Assembly: GCA_945879065.1 (NCBI GenBank)
Contig: CAMCUU010000005.1
Span: 1-56,415 of the forward strand
Origin: Francisella tularensis subsp. holarctica
GTDB lineage: Bacteria; Pseudomonadota; Gammaproteobacteria; Francisellales; CACEW01
Reading direction: 5' to 3'
Length of the DNA stretch: 56,415 nt
Part shown: positions 52,717 through 56,415 of the stretch, one piece after another
How positions within the stretch are numbered: the first letter of the stretch is position 1
How the letters are laid out: each line of letters begins with the position of its first letter
Translations under genes and position numbers: made by a program
Notes under the pieces: model-generated
What the model saw: the letters and a program-made list of their open reading frames with translations, nothing else
Database searches by the model: none
Told to the model about the DNA's origin: nothing

Positions 52717-53942
52717 GTGAGAAAGCTCAAAGGCGCATCTTAATTTTAAGTTTTTATTATCCCCCGGATCTATGTGCGGGGTCTTTTCGTATTGAGGCAT
52801 TCATTAAAGCGCTTTTACCGATGGCTGAAGCGCAGAATTTTACTATTGATGTGATGACCACTCAGCCTAATCGTTATCATGATTTCCACTTAGCAGCGCC
52901 TACTTGTGAAAATCATGCTCGTTTGACTATTCATCGCATCACGCTTCCAGAGCATCACAGTGGTTTTATAGATCAAGCGAAAGCGTTTTCTCGCTATTTT
53001 TTTGAAGCTCAAAAATTAGTCAAAGAAAAAAATTATGATCTGGTGTATGCCACTTCTTCTCGATTATTTACTGCTTTTTTAGGCGCGCGTCTAAGTCAAA
53101 AAAAGAAGGCTAAATTGTTTCTAGATATGCGGGATATTTTTACTGAGACCATGGAAGATATTTTGAAATTTCCGTTTTGCCTGGCCTTGCCTATTTTTAA
53201 ATGGATCGAGCGATATACGCTAAAAAAAGCAAACGCTTTAAATTTAGTTTCTCCAGGTTTTTCCAGTTATTTTCAGGGAAAGATAAATCCCAATTGCAGT
53301 CTTTATTTTATTTCCAATGGCATCGATGCTTGTTTTGAAGATATAAATTTTTCTTCAAATCAAATAGAAAAAGCAGAAAAAAATAATATCAAAAAACGCA
53401 TTGTGTATGCGGGCAATTTTGGAGAAGGACAGGGTTTAGAAAAAATTATCCCTGAATTAGCCCAGGCCAGTTTAGGTCGAGCAGAGTTTTATCTGATCGG
53501 ATCTGGAGGCAAGCTTGAAATACTGAAAGCCGCTTGCAAGACTTTTTCTAATGTTTTTTTTCTGGCTCCTGTGAGTAGGGAAGAATTAATTAAGCATTAT
53601 AAAAAAGCCGATATTTTATTTTTGCATTTGAATCAACATCCCGCCTTTCGGCGTGTTTTACCTTCAAAAATTTTTGAGTACGCCATAACAGGCAAGCCGA
53701 TTCTTGCTGGGCTTCTTGGATATTCTGCGGAGTTTATGAGTCAGCAGGTGAGGGGTACGTATTTGTTTTCGTCTTGTGATATTTCTCAAGCTTTAGCCCA
53801 GTTAGAGCGGGTTTTATCAGATGAGAAAACAAGCTATGACCGGTCGGATTTTTGTAAAAAATTTAATCGAAAAGATTTAATGCAAGAACTGGCGAGCCAT
53901 GTGGTTTCTTTGCTTAACTCGCCGAAATCTCAAATTGATTAA
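52713..53942 (+). CDS. Glycosyltransferase group 1 (WbuB-like)
   Basis: ILILSFYYPPDLCAGSFR N terminus typical of WbuB-type enzymes. C-terminal GT-B motif PSKIFEY. GTG start overlaps the wbpM stop. Confidence 0.7.
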   Translation: MSEKAQRRILILSFYYPPDLCAGSFRIEAFIKALLPMAEAQNFTIDVMTTQPNRYHDFHLAAPTCENHARLTIHRITLPEHHSGFIDQAKAFSRYFFEAQKLVKEKNYDLVYATSSRLFTAFLGARLSQKKKAKLFLDMRDIFTETMEDILKFPFCLALPIFKWIERYTLKKANALNLVSPGFSSYFQGKINPNCSLYFISNGIDACFEDINFSSNQIEKAEKNNIKKRIVYAGNFGEGQGLEKIIPELAQASLGRAEFYLIGSGGKLEILKAACKTFSNVFFLAPVSREELIKHYKKADILFLHLNQHPAFRRVLPSKIFEYAITGKPILAGLLGYSAEFMSQQVRGTYLFSSCDISQALAQLERVLSDEKTSYDRSDFCKKFNRKDLMQELASHVVSLLNSPKSQID

Positions 53943-55557
53943 TAGCCCCGTTCCATTTTGAACAAAGAGAATAATTGGGTTTTTCCAGGTTCATCGAATC
54001 ATAAAAATAAGTTTTATAACTCTGCCAATTTTGATTGGATTTAAATAAAACAGCGGCTCCAGTTTTTAAGTTAATTAAAGAATCTTGAGAATTAAAAATA
54101 CAGCTGGGATCTAAATGTAAAAAAGATTGGGCGCTTAGATAATTCCCAAAAATCTGATCGGTAATTAATAATTTTTTTTCTGTGAGTATAAAAGTACGCT
54201 CATGGATAATATTTTGATTGTCATAACCATTGTGAGCGGCAACTATTTTTATTTCTGAGGCGTCTCCAGGGTTTTGATTATTTTTTATATTTAATTTAAT
54301 AATTTTTGCTTTTTTACCCACTCGAAACTTAGACCAGATATCTGAAGAATTAGTGTGATTAATCTGAACTGTATTATGAGCTGGAGTCGATCTCTGAAAA
54401 GCTCTTAAATCTAAATCATGGTAAGTAGACGTCCCTGAATTAACAAACACTCTCTGACCCCATAAAGACAATTCAAAAGACAGACTTTCAGCGTGGGCAT
54501 GGCCTGGAATATACCGAGGGCCAGTGTTTCCAACATCTATTAAACAGACCAGATTATCTTGCGTCAGCCTGATAAAGCCGCTGTTTTTAAGATGTTCTAG
54601 AGGGGCCAGATTGAGCGCAGAAGGACTTAAAAAAATATTTAAACTTTCCGCATAGTTTTTTAAAAAATTAAAATTCGGCGCGATATTAAAACAGCTGTCA
54701 TTAAAAAAACTTATTTCGCCATCCGGATGACTCATGATGTTTAACCAGCGGAGCATTTTTAAAATAGTTTTTTCTAGGGGTAAGGGATAAGTCTCTCCAG
54801 CGATTTTTTCGAGAGTTTTTAAATGCAAAAGTCGAAATAAAATCACACAGTGGTACATAGGGCTGCGCTCAAAATGCCCACCGTCTTCGAGAATTTGCTC
54901 TGGAATTTGTTGTTTTAGAATTTTTAATCCCAGATTTTTAAATTTTAAATTTTTAAAATAAGTGCCTGCAAAAACCAGCGCAATACCATTTTCGAAATAA
55001 TGATTGCCTAGAAGATGAGTCTCAAGATTTTGTGATAAATAAGCCGCCTGGGTGAACAAACTTTTATTTTGCGTATCTGACAGTGGATTATTTTTTAAAG
55101 CCCATAAGATCCAGTGCGTGATTCTTAGGGAGCAAGGATAAGGATCCCAAGCGATTTTTGAGCCCATAGGATGCTGGTCAATCCAAGAATCTAGTAAGGC
55201 TTTTGCGATTTTTTGATCCGCTGAAACATCAGAATGTAAGTATTCAAAATAATGAAAATGATAAAGCCAGAGGGGGTCTTGATGATTGGGGCTTTTCCAG
55301 GGCTGATTTAAATCAAAAACATTGATTTTATTAATTAAACAAAGTGAATGATCTAAAAAATAAGGCCCGCCCCAGCTGGGAATATAAATATTTTGATGCT
55401 TAGTAATCATGATATTAAAAAAAGTGGGGGGGGTGATTTTTGTAGATTTTATTTTTAATTTTTTGTGAATAATTTTTTTTAAAATTATTTTAATCCGAGA
55501 AGTAATTTGAATAAATTTTAAATCAGAAAGCGTGTGCCAGAGGCGGAGTAGATTCAT
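53914..55557 (-). CDS. Heparinase II/III-like protein
   Basis: Trp/His-rich N half (ITHWILWAL, GNHYFENG) and GHAHAESLSFEL, a motif I associate with the Hepar_II_III domain. I saw no obvious signal peptide. Confidence 0.6.
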   Translation of the reverse strand: MNLLRLWHTLSDLKFIQITSRIKIILKKIIHKKLKIKSTKITPPTFFNIMITKHQNIYIPSWGGPYFLDHSLCLINKINVFDLNQPWKSPNHQDPLWLYHFHYFEYLHSDVSADQKIAKALLDSWIDQHPMGSKIAWDPYPCSLRITHWILWALKNNPLSDTQNKSLFTQAAYLSQNLETHLLGNHYFENGIALVFAGTYFKNLKFKNLGLKILKQQIPEQILEDGGHFERSPMYHCVILFRLLHLKTLEKIAGETYPLPLEKTILKMLRWLNIMSHPDGEISFFNDSCFNIAPNFNFLKNYAESLNIFLSPSALNLAPLEHLKNSGFIRLTQDNLVCLIDVGNTGPRYIPGHAHAESLSFELSLWGQRVFVNSGTSTYHDLDLRAFQRSTPAHNTVQINHTNSSDIWSKFRVGKKAKIIKLNIKNNQNPGDASEIKIVAAHNGYDNQNIIHERTFILTEKKLLITDQIFGNYLSAQSFLHLDPSCIFNSQDSLINLKTGAAVLFKSNQNWQSYKTYFYDSMNLEKPNYSLCSKWNGAINQFEISAS

Positions 55558-55721
55558 GAGCCTTGCTTTTTTATAGGGTGAAAATGTGTTTGCGAAGTTT
55601 AAGAAGTTAGAGCGAGCAGGGCTAGTGGAGAGCGTCTTGATAGGGGTTGTTTTTTATTTTTAGCGATATTTTAAATGGCAGTGGAGTAGAGGTAATAAAA
55701 ATAATAATAGTTAATATATTG

Positions 55722-55743
55722 ACCATAAATTGATATTTATGGT
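55722..55743. promoter_or_regulatory. Perfect palindrome ACCATAAAT-TGAT-ATTTATGGT about 55 bp upstream of hipB; candidate operator
   Basis: 9-bp arms read directly, located in the AT-rich region 5' of the HTH gene. Confidence 0.4.
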
Positions 55744-55798
55744 TATTTAATGTAGCATTATATTTAATTTTATTGATTTAAAAATAGCTGGTTTCAAC

Positions 55799-56128
55799 AT
55801 GAGCAAAGAAAAAGCGGCCCCTTTAATGCCTTCTTTACAGCGTCTGTTTAATAGCTTGGGCGAAAACATCCGCCTGGCCCGTTTGCGACGTGGGTTTTCA
55901 GCCATGGTGGTTTCAGAGCGAGCAGATATTTCCAGAAATACACTGAGATCTATTGAAAATGGAGATCCAAGTGTGGCGTTTGGAGCTTATGCTCGGGTGT
56001 TACTTTGTTTAAATCTTGAAAAGGATTTAAGTCTTTTAGCTTCTGATGATGAGCTGGGTCGTAAGCTTCAAGATGCAGCTTTACCTTTAAGAGCAAGAGC
56101 GCCCAAAGTGGGGAAAAAAACCTCATGA
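55799..56128 (+). CDS. hipB: XRE-family HTH antitoxin (HipB-like)
   Basis: HTH region LGENIRLARLRRGFSAMVVSERADISRNTLRSIENGDP. ATGA overlap with the following hipA-like start. Confidence 0.7.
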   Translation: MSKEKAAPLMPSLQRLFNSLGENIRLARLRRGFSAMVVSERADISRNTLRSIENGDPSVAFGAYARVLLCLNLEKDLSLLASDDELGRKLQDAALPLRARAPKVGKKTS

Positions 56129-56220
56129 AAAAGATTCAAGTGTATGCCAGCTGGGATGGGCTTATAGAGCCTGTTTTAATGGGAAATTTACAAGTACGCG
56201 ATGTTCGACTTTTCCGATGA
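56125..56220 (+). pseudogene. hipA: HipA-family toxin remnant (first 31 codons only)
   Basis: MKKIQVYASWDGLIEPVLMGNLQVRDVRLFR* resembles a HipA N-terminal domain start. The frame then breaks, and repeat modules follow at 56249-56349. Confidence 0.55.
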
Positions 56221-56248
56221 TTCAAGCTGCTGGGAATTAGCCGCTTGA

Positions 56249-56349
56249 TATCGTCTCTCCCCGGCGAGGGCTTCCAATTAGCCTTAAGTTTTGCTTGAAA
56301 AATTTTGAATTGTACGGTCTCAGGGTAGGGGCGAATCTTGTATTCGCCC
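56249..56349 (+). mobile_element. Composite repeat module (ATCGTCTCTCCCC terminus ... GTAGGGGCGAATCTTGTATTCGCCC hairpin)
   Basis: The termini match the module at 27690-27748. The hairpin is the reverse complement of the copies at 71-145. Confidence 0.7.
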
Positions 56350-56415
56350 TTGGGGTGACTGCAATTTATTGTCTGAGAATAAGCCATCTGAGGCCCATTT
56401 TTCTGGGTTATGGCT

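Noticed and set aside
52491-52730. Minus-strand ORF at the wbpM 3' end
   Set aside because: It is antisense to a gene with a clear CapD/WbpM C-terminal region.
56136-56387. Minus-strand ORF (83 aa) at the right edge
   Set aside because: It is a translation of the repeat modules (GEYKIRPYP comes from the REP hairpin) and of the antisense of the hipA stump.

Overview
This is an AT-rich, almost fully coding segment, mostly on the + strand. It looks gammaproteobacterial, possibly Legionellales/Coxiellaceae-like, but that placement is a low-confidence inference. All protein calls come from motif recognition in the supplied translations; no searches were run.

Layout:
- 0-6.3 kb: housekeeping genes. 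prfB carries the classical +1 frameshift site, so the ORF track shows only its second frame. It is followed by prmB and a three-domain LplT-PlsC-Aas fusion.
- 6.4-10.4 kb: a small accessory patch. It holds a class II Fic protein, two visibly higher-GC hypothetical proteins, a LuxR-type gene with an in-frame TGA, and VapBC.
- 10.6-55.6 kb: one very large surface-polysaccharide (O-antigen/capsule type) locus. It contains wecB-wecC, rfbF-rfbG, and a full pseudaminic acid set (pseB/C/H/G/I plus an SpsF-like cytidylyltransferase) with extra tailoring genes. It also has gmd-fcl, a cupin/acetyltransferase/aminotransferase trio, a GT11 fucosyltransferase, Wzx and a Wzy-like protein. The rest is a WbuX-HisH-HisF amidotransferase trio, an AsnB-like enzyme, a wbpK/L/M-like initiation block, several glycosyltransferases and a heparinase II/III-like protein.
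- The polysaccharide locus is interrupted by non-glycan genes: an AlbA_2/Schlafen-like ATPase, a frameshifted XRE gene, a 2-hydroxyacid dehydrogenase overlapping a J-domain protein, an AAA/PD-(D/E)XK protein and an AAA_14/DUF4143 ATPase.
- Right edge: hipB plus a 31-codon hipA stump.

The most unusual signal is a family of short GC-rich palindromic repeat modules that share the terminus ATCGTCTCTCCCC / GGGGAGAGACGAT. Copies lie in intergenic DNA, including a 140-bp inverted pair and an internally deleted copy. Three copies lie in frame inside intact-looking wecB and pseG ORFs, in the manner of Rickettsia palindromic elements. One more copy sits at the hipA truncation point.

Other recurring oddities are perfect 10-13 bp tandem arrays at gene junctions and in-frame coding micro/minisatellites. 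I saw no rRNA, tRNA, CRISPR array, transposase or integrase.
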